DNA of 62,043 nt, the filler included, from Choristocarpus tenellus KU-1152 (taxonomy: Eukaryota; Protista; Phaeophyceae), in the NCBI GenBank assembly GCA_964200185.2. It is 10 parts of 10 records of this genome, joined end to end, with 100 filler letters (N's around TTAATTAATTAA, not from the genome) between each part and the next. Parts side by side here need not be neighbours in the genome. Positions count along the whole stretch, not along the records: positions 36,887 to 39,912 come from CAXNAD020022848.1; positions 40,013 to 58,457 come from CAXNAD020000550.1; 8 more parts are not named here. One strand, 5' to 3'. Of this stretch, positions 37,518-50,342 are shown one piece after another; the stretch's first letter is position 1; each line of letters begins with the position of its first letter. Under the pieces are notes generated by a model that saw only the letters and a program-made list of their open reading frames with translations, did no database searches and was not told the DNA's origin. A program made the translations under genes and the position numbers.

Positions 37518-39912
37518 TGGCCTTCACCGTTGCAATTGTCAACCTGTATGATCAACTTCTCGATCTTCATTGGTTGGCCTGGTTGGTGACGCTCTTCAAA
37601 GATGCTGGTCAGAGCATTTAAGAATGCTGTCGTAAAAGTTACTCTGCGTGATACGGTTATTACGTACAGACATATTGAATGTTAACGTGTTGGAGGTCGA
37701 GCATACACACACACAAGGACGAGAAGAGTGCATATATATATACATATATATATAGTTGAGGAGCTGTTCTGGGGTGTGGACCGTGACATGCTAGCACAAC
37801 AAATATTGCATCGCACGTTAACTTCCATAACCATACTATTACTTGTGGGGGTAACATTTCCAGAACAGGGACAGTGTTCTCCAGAAAGGAAGGACGTCCA
37901 GGTGTGGCAAACCCATCTCTCTCCCCCAGGCTGGGCCAACCCAGGACAAACAAACTGTGATAACTCGCTCGACCACTATGCTGCTAGGACTCTTGAAACT
38001 GTAGAAAAATGGATCCTCTCAGTCTATCATCACCACTAGATATTCTCCAAGCAAGGGCCATTTTGTTATTATAAATAATATTTTTCTCCCGAGAAACAGG
38101 CCATAATAAAATTGTTGCACAACACTAATAGATGTGCAACCATCGAACAACTGAAACAAAATGGAGTGAGGAAGCAAACAAAAGTTCATTACTAGTAACA
38201 ACAACAAAATCATCATCATCCGAGTCAGTTTTTCCTCTCAAGAAAAACTATCGTGTAACAGCGCCAACGCAGCACATACTCTTTCGTTTCTTTGCAGAGG
38301 TTGAGCGGTATTACCCCAAGTCCAATAGAACTACATGTAGCTGGAAATACCGATTATCTTGACCATGAAACATTAAAAAAGGTACTTTGGCTCTAAAAGC
38401 ATACCAAGCAACAACAACACAACAATACCAACCAGTTGCAACCCACTCAACATGCGTACAATACATAGCAAAAACTACCCTCCCTCATATCTGCCCCTGC
38501 ATAGAAGAACTTGTACGCACATCAGTTCCAGTAGTCCTCAGTTCCAGTAGCCCTCTCATTCCTAGCACCATCGACCACCACAAATCCAATTTTAGATTCT
38601 TGCTCCTCTCTTGAATGATCCTATTTCACTAATTGATTAACAGTCTGCTTTGCTCATTGAACTCAAAATAGTTGCCCTACAATACCACTTCCATGAGAAA
38701 GTGCGCAGCCAGTGACCCAGCACCCATTGTTTTAAGGTCAACCTAGTCCTCTCTTTGGTCACAAGCGAACATGCATAACATTAGAGGCCTCCTCCTTACA
38801 CACCACTACCACCACCAGTTGTCTGCCCAACCTTCTGCACGCTGCTTCCTCCCTCCCCCCAGAATATCTCAGCTTCATCCCTAAACAAAATGTGCTTGCA
38901 GCATAATATACATCCAGATACTAAGCTCGACCTGCTTTCCTTGACCACAAAGCTCCCCCAGAAATCTCGCGATGGATGGCACACAGCAATATCGCCACAC
39001 ATGAAAGCAATGACAGGCAATGGCAAGGCGTCGCTATCAGCCTCAATCCTGCCAACCAAAGACACAGGTACAACACAAGCACAGCCACTGCTCCCAGCCC
39101 TGCCCCTGGGCCAGGCATACCTGTCTCTGACTTGTCAGAACGGCCTGGGCCCCATCCCTCATCACCACTGCTCCACACCCTAGCAGCCTCCTTCTCCCCC
39201 CCACAAACCTTACAACAGCATAGACAAAACTCACACCAAAGTGCGGGCGTGGAACGGTCTCTTATGGGACAGTTACAAACCAGCACACGGAATCCAGGGC
39301 CAAGGCTGACCCCCCCTGAGAGAGTGATTCGCCCTATGTCCGTCTCTGTGTACATCGCCCCCACGCCCCCATCCTCATGGAGGCAGGCATCACAGGAACC
39401 GTGTCCATTCAGTCGAGCATGAGGTACATGCCCACTGTTGGTGCTTGCCCTGGTCCCCTGCCAGTCCCCATTAGTACCATTTTTTCCACCTTGCCTACTC
39501 TTTACTTCAGATTCAATCTGAGCCTGAACCTTGGCCCACAGACTGAGCACACTTGGTGGGGATGGAAAAACTTGGGCACATCTTGCCAGAAGTGCACTGA
39601 GGCACAGTGGGGTGAGCAAGAATATTGCATTTGCCAGGTCCCCGGTGGGTTTATAGGTCTGGCTCATACCCCAGTGAGAAGAGAGGTCATATCCACCTAG
39701 TACCTTAACAGCTACCACATGCAGTCCAATGAGGAGTGGAGGGAGTGGTGCATAGATGATAAGGAGAAACCGCTGATGGGCAGCTGCTGCTGGCCTTCTT
39801 GACGGGAACAGCATGAAACTCGCCAGTAGAGCATACAACAAACCTGATAGCAACATGAAGACCAAGGACACCTCACCTGATATTAATTGACCGGAGATGG
39901 GATGGGCCACAG
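37518..39912 (-). CDS. Partial multi-pass membrane protein, tentatively TMEM168-like. Exons 39912-38932, 38561-38517, 38340-38280, 37998-37843 and 37643-37518
   Basis: Phase-consistent GT-AG chain with several hydrophobic helices. IHREISGG...SIGLGVIPLNLC and KLIIQVDN resemble TMEM168 segments as I recall them. The gene is well supported, the family is uncertain. Confidence 0.65.
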
Positions 39913-41285
39913 NNNNNNNNNNNNNNNNNNNNNNNNNNNNNNNNNNNNNNNNNNNNTTAATTAATTAANNNNNNNNNNNNNNNNNNNNNNNNNNNNNNNN
40001 NNNNNNNNNNNNATCTGCAAAATGTTAGAGGGCATAGTAATATAATATACATACGTGTAATCATCCCATTTTAAATATTTTGAAGAAACCGATGTCCTAT
40101 GCACCGACTCTTTTCTACCTTGAATTTCTGAACGTTGTACCGTTTTGGACTCCATCCAGTTTCCAATCTCTGTAGAAGGTCTACTTGTTAGTAAATAACC
40201 CTCCTGACACCTGAAAACGTCTATTGGCAAGGGTTAATTTTTGATAGATAATAGGGCGATCAGTACCTCCTATTGAGTTACGGATCTCTCATTCTCTACC
40301 AGTTCCGATTGTTTTCCGATTGTTGTCTCTTCTATAATCCTTCCTTCCGCAACTTGGCTCAGCACAATTGCCCAGAAGACTAACGGCTGGTTGGTATTGC
40401 GAGGACGGCTGCACTCAAGCTTCATTTGAGTGCCAAGTCTTGCCGAAGGTCTGCCGAAATCTTGGAACTTCTTGGGATGACTAGAGGGTAAGTCAAGCAC
40501 TCTGCACGGACTGAGTGCTTAAAACAATTGTAGGCATCGCAATCCATCCATTGGAAATAGCACAATTTTGCTATTCCCCTGAAATTGCCCCTTTTCTGCG
40601 CCGTAGAGCTGTAGTTCTTCATGCATGTAAAGTTTGCTGCTGATAAAGCTGGTCGTCTTCAACACATTAGACACTCAAGTAGTGGTGATTGTAGTGAATA
40701 TCCCCTGCCATTCTAGGCATCTCCTCTATTTGGAATGGCATGAAGTTCAGAAAAGTCGATGTATAGCCCACTGATTCTTTCTTGCCTGGGGACGGGGTCA
40801 AGACTTAGATATGGGGCTCCCGAAGTATTAGAAGGGACCCTGATGAACTCTTAACAAGTGCCAACTCATCCAGTTCCATCATACTTATAGTCGCAGGCTG
40901 CATTAGAGGCGGAAGTTCTTGGTACTGTAAGCCCGAATGCACGACCTTTCACACTTTCAGCGACACCCCGGCCGAGTATTCTATTAAACCACCCCCATAC
41001 TACACTTTGTGATATTTCTTAGATGCCCACATTCGGTCCTAGATTTTCCTTTTCTCCCCTCTTTTGTTATCCTGTTCCTCCCCTCGATATATCGGTCTCA
41101 GTTCTTCCCCATCTTTAGACCCCCTGCGCGCCTTGGCATACCTCTAACGCACTACTAAGTATGGCTCAACCTTTTCCCTGTGCTAGTAGAGTGTGGGGCT
41201 AACCCCAAGCGGGCCGCCCCAGCGGTATTAATTGTATTTTCTATTCCTCGTTTTGTTTGGCTTACCTTCAGGCAAACGGACCCCG

Positions 41286-44200
41286 ATGTTCTGTAACGAG
41301 GGTGACGCTGAGGCTATGCCGGCCATGTGGGGAATGCTGAGAGGTGGTGCTGGTAGTGAAGATAGTAGCAATGGGATATTTGCATCCCTCCCTGATGTCC
41401 TACTTCTAGAGATTTCTGGTGAGCATCTGTCTCCCCATGTCTCACGTGTTGAACACAGTAACTTTTTTTATAACTTCCATGGTTCTACTCTTGATGGTAA
41501 CTTGTAGAGGTCAGTTCTTTGTGCCTAGGAAGAGTCACTCCTGTGCTGAATAGGGTTTTGATGCTGTAATGTGATGGAGTTGGTTTATGTGAGGTGCTTT
41601 TTTTTCTGGTATCTCACGCACTTTCTAGGGTATACTTGAAGCATACTTTCCATGTGAATCCTTGCTGATTTGCTAGTGTACTGTACTTTATTGCCCAGTG
41701 GCATACATTATAGAGAATCTATCGGTGTATTGTAAATGATTTAGTATAGCATGTAACCCACACTACTGTGATACATGCTCTAGATACCACCCCGTCTCCT
41801 GCCTACCCCAGGCCCATTATCATCATCTACCCATCTGTTGTCTGCTGCAGTCGCCCCATTCCCCTCTCTTACCATAATGCTTCACTACTTGTCTAATGGC
41901 ACTTTGCTCTACTCTGGTGTGCCTCATCTGTACTTTAACACACCAACACAGGATACCTAAAAATTGGAGGTCTTGGTAGGTGCTCCTGCACATGTCAGAC
42001 CCTGTGGCGTGTCTGCTCAAACGAGTTGCTCTGGCTCGCTTTGTGGGAGGGCCCTCTACCTGAAGGAGTTCAGAGAGGAGGGAAGGCAGCCCACCTAGTG
42101 CAGTGGCTTCTTGCCCATGGTCATACCTATCATGTAAGATTTTGCACTACTCCTTTTAATATATTTGAACTATCTATTTAGCTTTAGAAACAAATTTGGG
42201 AAAAAGATTATTTGTGTGGAAGTACTTGTTTGAATAAACTTGTCTGAGCTAGTCTGGTGCTCAGACATAGAGTGTGCCAACTGCTTTAAAGGAGATAGAT
42301 GAAAGGACCCGGTAGTAGTGTTACACTGTACATATTATTCTTTTCCTGTTTCTGCACTCTGGTTCCCCCATTTTTCATCCTTTTCCTCTTCGTATATAAG
42401 TTTCCTCCCCAAAGAAGCAAGTGTATGCACACACAAGTTGGGATCACATTGAACAACTGCAATGCCCAAGAATATATTTTTTTGCATCTTTTTTTTGTTT
42501 TTTGTAAAAGACAAAGGTAGAAGTCCATGGAGCGGCTGTGCAGCATCATTATCACCAACAGACCAAGCAACACCCACCTGCCATGGAGGGATCCATGCCT
42601 TATGTTGGCAACGTAAATGCTTGGTCAGTACTGGGGGCTAATTCTGGGACTGCTGCAGGAGGTTGGGGGGGGGCTGGGGACTCAAGTCATTCGCATGCAG
42701 GGTTCCCTGTGCACATCACATGCATGGCAATCTGTGGAGACATGATTGCTACAGCGGCAGGTTGGTAGGGTGGCCTTGGAAGAACCTGCCCCCCCCCCCA
42801 AATGTGCAAAAGGGTGAAAATGATGTGTGCCTTGATATCTGATCATACTTTCGTTGTTATTATATTCGTATGTGTGATGTAGTGCGGCATGGTAGACTCT
42901 TAGGTATGTACTCTGGAATAGTTTTAAGCTTATTGATCTACTGGTGGGATGGCAGAAGACGGTGTGTGGAAGATGTGAATGTGTAAATGTTTGGAAGGTT
43001 GGAAGGTTGAAAGGATACGTGAAACTAAGACCAAACAATTTTATTGACTCCTTTGAGGCATGTGGATAAGTTGAGTTGACCTGTGAGATATTGTTATATT
43101 ATGGTCACAGAAATGGGCAATACCTTTCTCACTAAGGTTGTTATCAGGGTTAGATTAGGGCACAATTGGGATGGAAAGTCTGAAAGACACCTTTGCCCTC
43201 TTGTTTGTTCCCTTGCCCCCCTCCCCCACTTGCTATATTTTCCATCCCTACTGATTGAAACAGGAACAGATATCACTGTATGGGACCTGTCCGCCTCCCT
43301 TCCCCGAGCAAGGATTGAGGTGACCCTCCCCCCTTCCCCTTCCCCTTCCCCTTCCACTACTCCAGTAAAATAAATCTTGGCCAGACCTGGTTGACTGGGC
43401 ATTGTGACAGTGGGAAAATTATTGAGGGTATGGGAGGCATACCTTATTCTGTCAATTATTCCCTTATGCTGTGATTCCACTCTGCTGACAATGCTTTTTT
43501 TATTGGTACAAATGGCCAGTTTTACCCATTTTCCAGAGTTTTCCAGCCAAACTGACATACAGATTCAATATGTTGCTCTGCACCAACCCTCTCCTTTCAC
43601 CACATTTCCCTATTCCCCTCTATGTAGTGGTGTGCTCTGTCATAACAGACATTTGACACATTGATGCTAATGACAATTGTGAGAATTGGTTGGGGTTAGG
43701 GTTTGGCACCACTGTAGTCGTTGATCTTTCTCATCTCCTTTATATATCCCACCATCCAGAATCATTCCTGGTCAGAATTCCAGTTATCCTTTTTGTGTGA
43801 GCTTCAGAGGGTTTTTTGATATTCATGGCATTATCAATACTATACTATTTGGGGGGGTAGATGGCATGTTTTCATTCTGTACGAGAGAATGTAGGCATGT
43901 GTGCATAGATGGTCTATTCACAAGCCATTGGTGTATTCACAAAAGATGCCTAGGCACACTTTTTTTTAATTTTGTACAAATGCTTGCATTCAATTGAGCA
44001 TTGTGATGTAACATTCTCGTCTTTCACCCCTCCCCATCATTGTTCCATCTGGTGGCAAATACTCTGTCACAGGTAAATGGGCATGGCAGTGTGACCAGTC
44101 TCATACTTCACTGTGGTACTCTCATTGCAGGAGATAACAGTGGCTACCTCAGGTGAGTTGGAGAAAGGCACTGACAATGCCAACCCCATCCCAAGTGTAC

Positions 44201-47200
44201 TTGCCATGTCCCTAACCATCAATTCTACTATATGTGCATGAGGTGTCGAAAGAGGTGTGGGGGTGGGGGGGGGTGGAGAGGATGCTAGAATAGGAGTTTA
44301 GGGGGGGAGGATGAGGAATTTTTCTTTGTTGATGTTGAGCTTGGTGTATTTCAAGTGTTAGACTTGTGTTTTTTTTTGTTTTATGGTTGGTTCATTGCAC
44401 TTTTATTTGAGATAGATAGCATTACTGTAAAAGAAATTGCGGTGTCTGTGGAGAGCTTTCGGAAGCTTCATAGATACACTTTTTTAATCCTCACACCCAC
44501 AATATCAGCAGCATGAAAGGGGGTGGGTACTCTTGAAATTTGTTTCACTCAAGCAATTCCTCCTCCCCATCCCACCTCCTTTGCATACCTTAGAGGTGAC
44601 CATAGATGAAAGACTCATGCCTATCACTTATTTTGGTCTTCCCAATCAACCTCTGGATTGGGACTCCTGCTGGTTCTCCCCCTTCTACCCTGCACCATTA
44701 TTCCTCCTTGTTCCTCTAAACCCCTTGCAGTTAAAACGGTTCTAACACACACACACCTTTCCCGACTTCAATCCCTGATACCAATTCCAACACTGGATTT
44801 GTACGGGTCAGGGCATATGAAGTATGCAGTGGGCTGTTCCTCCATGAGATCAGAGCACATGCCGACCGTGTAACTGCCATTGATACCCTAACCCTGGCTC
44901 CTGCTGAGGCCTCTGCTATGATGACCATGGGGGGAAGGGTGGCTGTTGGAGGTAGGGGTGGCGTTAATGCGGCAGGTGGCATGGATATTGGAAATTTTGA
45001 GATGATTCCAGGGATGGGGATTGGGGAGGGGGGCAACCATGGCGGGACATTTACATGGGATCAAGGCCTGGGGTGGGGGGAGGGTTGGGTGGGGGTTGAC
45101 GGCAATGCAGTACCCCCTCTTCATCAATTAGGCTATTTCCAGCATGGAGACTGGGGTAGGGTTGGGCTTGGGGATTTCTGGTCTGAGAACAACAATGCCG
45201 AGATGGGGAAGGGAGGACAGTCGAACAGAGGGGAGCAAAAGTTGTCTAAAGTGTGTCTGGAGGGGATGTTGAGAGTGGAAAGAAACGGAGGTTGTAATAG
45301 GGAGGTACCTTGGGACCAAGGTAAGATTCACTGTGGCGAGGGTATTGATGAAGAGAAGAATGATGAGTGGGTGATGGGATTGATGATGAGGGAGGAGAGG
45401 AAAGAACTCCCGATGAAAGATATTGATGAGTTGGAAAGGGGTGAGGGGAGGGAGGACAGAAGAGTGGGCAAACGTAGTGGGGTGTGGAGGAGGACCAAGA
45501 CCAACCTCCCCCAAACACTCTCTCTCATTGGGGAAGTAAAAGTTGAAGCAGGGCAAGGGGTGGACATAGTGGGTGGTTGTGTAAGGGACAGTGCTGAAGA
45601 GTGTTGTGAGCCTCTTGGGTGTGGTTGGAGTCGCTGTTCTGGTGTTGGAGGTAGTGGGAAACAGTCGCCTGAGGAGACGAACAGGATTAGACAGCCAAAG
45701 GAAAGCGGCAGGTCTTTGGGTGAAGATGAAGAAGGTGTGCAGGATGTGCTGTTTACTGCCTCCGATGACTGCTCAGCTATGGCTTGGGACCTCAGGACGG
45801 GCAGGTGAGGTTGGGTCAGTTTCAGAGTCCAGGGTAGAGTTGGATTTTGAGGGAATCAGAGTTAGAGGTGCTGGGCTTATCGATGCAAGCATAGTTGTTG
45901 GTGGGTATTGCACTTGTTGCGTAGCAGCTTGTGTGTTTGTCACTAGTGAAAGATGTGTTGTGATGTATTTTGTGCTTGAAATAAATTTCATTTTTTTTAT
46001 AAGGTGGCCTCCATTAATAATGGAGAAAGCGTGTGCTGTGAAATTTGGATGTATAATGTCTAAGACCCCTTTCAAGCTCTCATGAAAATTTCTTGGTTGT
46101 TCTTTTGTCTATCTATTCAATGACAGATCATCACCACTCTATGTATAGAATTGTAGGATGGTGCAAGGTCTAATGTGGTCAAAAGAAATTGCTGACATGT
46201 TTTTGAAAATTTGAAAGTTTTTAGGTACGGTGAAGTGCAATTATGGTTACGATATATGATATTTTTAACTTTTAGCTCAAATGTATCTTGGAAAAAAAAT
46301 AATGTTTGGTTTACAGGGTTCCTGTGATATCCCCCCAAACCCATTGACATTGATTGGAACTTCCATCTACCAAAGAGAGAGGGCAGGGGTTAGGGTTAGG
46401 GTTAGACTCTTGCCTGGTACAGTCACACTGCTAAAGTTAGATTTGACTCCTTCAGATTCAGTTCCTGAGAGTAGAGTCTATTGCTGCAAGGATTTAATAT
46501 TGTTGTCCTGTCTCTCTAAGATCATGTTTCCATGGGTGTTGTGGTTAAATCATAGGCAACAGTCACAGTCAATTGAAATAGGTGTAAGGTGTAATGATGT
46601 GTCTGTGTTTGATGAGAGTGAAAGATGGTTTCACTGGGGGAATGCGTGATTAGAACATCGATAATTTTGCCAATATTCTGTCAAAAGGTGGACATGAACA
46701 TGCTCACAGTTAGAATTAGAGGTCATTATAACCTCTGTGTGGTCTGATACGAATAAAATGGGTTAGGAGGGGTCAAACAAGGTGGTGAGGAGGAATGCAA
46801 ACTGAGGAATTTTCTCATGGCTACATTATACGGTGTTGTGAAGCTCAATGGATACATGATACATGATACATGATACATGATACATGATACATGATACACT
46901 GCTAAGTTCAGAAAGGGGAGATTCAAGGGTTTTCATCAACCTATATTCCCAGGACTGCCTAATCAGGGCCAGTCTCCCTACCTGCTGTTCAATGGGTATT
47001 TTACTCATGGATGAACCCTCCATTGTTGAGGACAATCCCCAAGCCAAAGGGGGTCAAAGGAGGGTTGAAGGAGGGACGGGGTAATAGTGGGACAGAGGAA
47101 GTCAATGAATTGATCTGTTTCCTGGAGTTTATGGTCTGTCCCATCCTGGTATTGTAGTGGATGTACCTGTGCCTTCCCCTGAGTGTCTGAAATTGGACGG

Positions 47201-50200
47201 ATGGTGGGTTGGGGAGAGCCACTGTGATGTAAGGGAATTGCCACAGCACAGATTAAAAGGCGTTTTGTGTAAGTACCAACCAACCACGGTTCCTTTTTTT
47301 TATTTATTGTGATTTTTTTGGAGGTGGTCCTGCAGACAAAACTAACCACTTCCCTGTTTCAAACACTTCCCTTGATTGCTTGTTTGTGAAGTGTGGATAT
47401 TGTCATCGATAAAATATACTAGCTGTGCAAGTAGCCCTATAAAACTCCATCTGATAAAATATAGAGTATCCTGTTGTACATAATGATTGCCTCTCACAGG
47501 ATAACACCACACCACACCACCTGTAGTCGGACATTTCACACTATTGCGACTTGGCAATGGACTTTGGATCAAGAAGGTAAAAGTTTTTTATCATTTCGCA
47601 GAACTTTGTATGTCATGTGTATCATCTCATGCAGAACTTAAGTGTCACAATTGGGGGACACAAGAGGGTATATTCTGATGAAATCAAAATGAAATGTTCA
47701 CTCATTGGTAATAAAATCTAACAACAGGATTTATCTCTTGGATTAATTTACTGGAAGTAAAGTACACAAATGCCAAAAATCTGGCACAGATACATTCTCC
47801 AAGTTACATGAAAGGATTTTGATGTGAGCATTATTTTACCCTCTCACAGTGCATCCCTTATAAAGTTATCTTGGGTTCAAATGAGAGGGAGGGAGGACTC
47901 TTTTGATAAGAAACAGATATTGGAATGAACACAGTATGGTGTGGTAGTGGTACTGTGTGAATGTTGACCATGACTTCCTGATGGAATTGGAAGGCTTTTG
48001 TAGAGTGCTATCTTGTGCAAAGTTATGGTGGAAAATCAAGTATTGGGGTCAAAATGTTCGACATAAAGTTGATCACAGTAAGAGATTATCAACAAAGCTG
48101 CTTGCCGTCCAACCCCTGCCCCAATCTTCTAGGTCTGTCTCACTGTGTTCCCCAGGCAGATCTTCATGTTGATGGCAAAAGTATTTTGAGGAATGAACTT
48201 TCAACAACACAATTTGCAGTCACCAGAACATTGAGCTTGTTGAAACCCTGCTGCTCTGCTTCCCCAATGCTGTCAGGTTTCTGGCGACTTATGGTGGTCA
48301 TACCAAGACTGTCACATGTTTACAGGCTGTGGTAATCAAGGTCAGTCTGGCATGGGGGAGGATAAAAAATTGGCACATTTTAAAGCTTCTTTTGTGTAGT
48401 GCATATCAGTTGTTTGGCTTCATGATGTCAGCACATCCAACACTTTGTGAGTTTTCAGGCAGCCCAATATCCCATGGAGGTGTAACTGTATGTTTGGTGG
48501 TTGAGATGTTTTGGTGTGCCTGTTTGAACAGGAAGCTAGGAAAGGGTTAGGGTTAGTGGGTGGGTGAAATAGGGTGCCACGTGTGCTGCCCCATTATTGC
48601 CTGTGAGGAGAGTACTCAGAGGCATACATTGCCTGTGAGGAGAAATTATTTATTTTCTGGGGTCATACGTGGGATTAGGGCAGTTGTGTGAACAAACAGT
48701 GGGGCTGGGGTGGTACAGGTTATTATCTCTTAGGCAATGCGATGTTGAGATGTGAGGAAGTTGAAAATATGGGGAAAATTATCTCATTTTTTGGCAACAT
48801 GAACAGCTAAGTGCCTTGTTGCAAACTATAATTGAATTCAATTGTGGTATATGGTATGACTACAGTCGTATGATGAAACTGCATGGTAATGGAGCAGTGC
48901 TGTGACAGAACAAGGTATTGTAAGCCTCAGACTTTGACTGCAGTGTGCTTCACTTCTTGAATAGTGGGTGGAACCGCCCCTCCTGGCACCATGTGTTTTT
49001 TAGTTAGTTGTTCTTGGCCCCAGTATCACTTCTCTCAAGGCATACACATTGATTCATTGTCACTGCAGATGTTGAAGCTTTGATCCTTTTGGGATGGAAG
49101 GATTGATGGGGGTTTTGACTGTATAAAAAGATCTGTTGCTTGGTCCAGCATTGGTTTAATTAAGTAGGACCTGTGTGGGTGTGGCCTCACATCTGAGTAA
49201 CTTATCTGCGCAATGCTTTCAAGGCATTGGTATTTTTTTCAAGGGTTTTACCATGCCAGGTACAAAAAACACTCAAATTCTACAGCAATTGTAAGAGTAG
49301 TAGTAGCAGTGGTGGCATGCATATTTCTCTTTTAGGGGGAGTTGGTTTATGTTTTTAAATATGTTGTATGTGTCTTTGATACTTACTTCCAACTATAGTG
49401 ATCACATGCGTAAACTCATTTCAATCTTTGGACTTAGCCTACTCCAAATGCTTTGTACGTGCCCTATCCCTGACTCTTAACTTGATGTGCCAGGGCTATG
49501 GACCTGTCCTAGTCACAGGCAGCGCAGACAGCAGGGTGCTGATTTGGGAGGTGATTGAGGCAAAGAGGGGGGGAGGGGTGCGGGATGAGGGAGCTATAGG
49601 TGTTAACAATCATGTATTTGTTGGGCAAGGGTTAACAATCATTGAGGCTTTCCATGTGGTTGTGAAAGCAGACTACTTATGGTTGTATGTTGTGCTTATG
49701 CTTGAAGTGCACCAGTACAATGGGTCAAGCTCTACTGTCGTTTTTGTGGGTAATGTTTAGTGTGTCTCAATGAATGCACTTTTGTATCTAGCTGCATCTT
49801 GTTGGATATCTCAGCATGAAGTTGCTCAGCAGAGGACAATGTAATATACAATAATGTAATGACAATGTGGAGGGCCCATTGAAGTCAATGTGATGTAGCA
49901 GAGGCAAGGTTTCAGTATGTACCTCATATTGATATTTCCGTTATCTTTGTTTCTCTTCCAGTTATCCTTACTGCAACCCTTCCCTTTGGTGCCTGCCCCA
50001 CCTCCCATCCCCCCCCCAAATATTTCTGCATCTTTGGCAGTTGTCAACTGGGCACTGTGTTGAAGAGCTACGTGTGCATGCAGATAATACTTCTCACATC
50101 GATGGCTTTGGTTACCGCGTCAGTTGCCTTCAGGTGCCGTTGCCTCACTCTCCCAAACTTGATGTTATCCCTACCCCTATAGCCCTAGCCTAACCTTTAA

Positions 50201-50309
50201 AGTAGGCAGTGGTTTGAAGTTGAAGTTATGGCAACCTCTTCCCTGCTTACCACTTGTTGTTGGAGCAGATGCAGAGGTGCTGCTCTGAACTTGCACATAC
50301 CACACACTT

Positions 50310-50342
<33 letters not shown>

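Noticed and set aside
40050-40950. Possible decayed retroelement coding sequence on the minus strand
   Set aside because: No diagnostic motif recognised
45128-45567. Antisense ORFs overlapping the large F-box exon
   Set aside because: Shadow frames of low-complexity coding sequence
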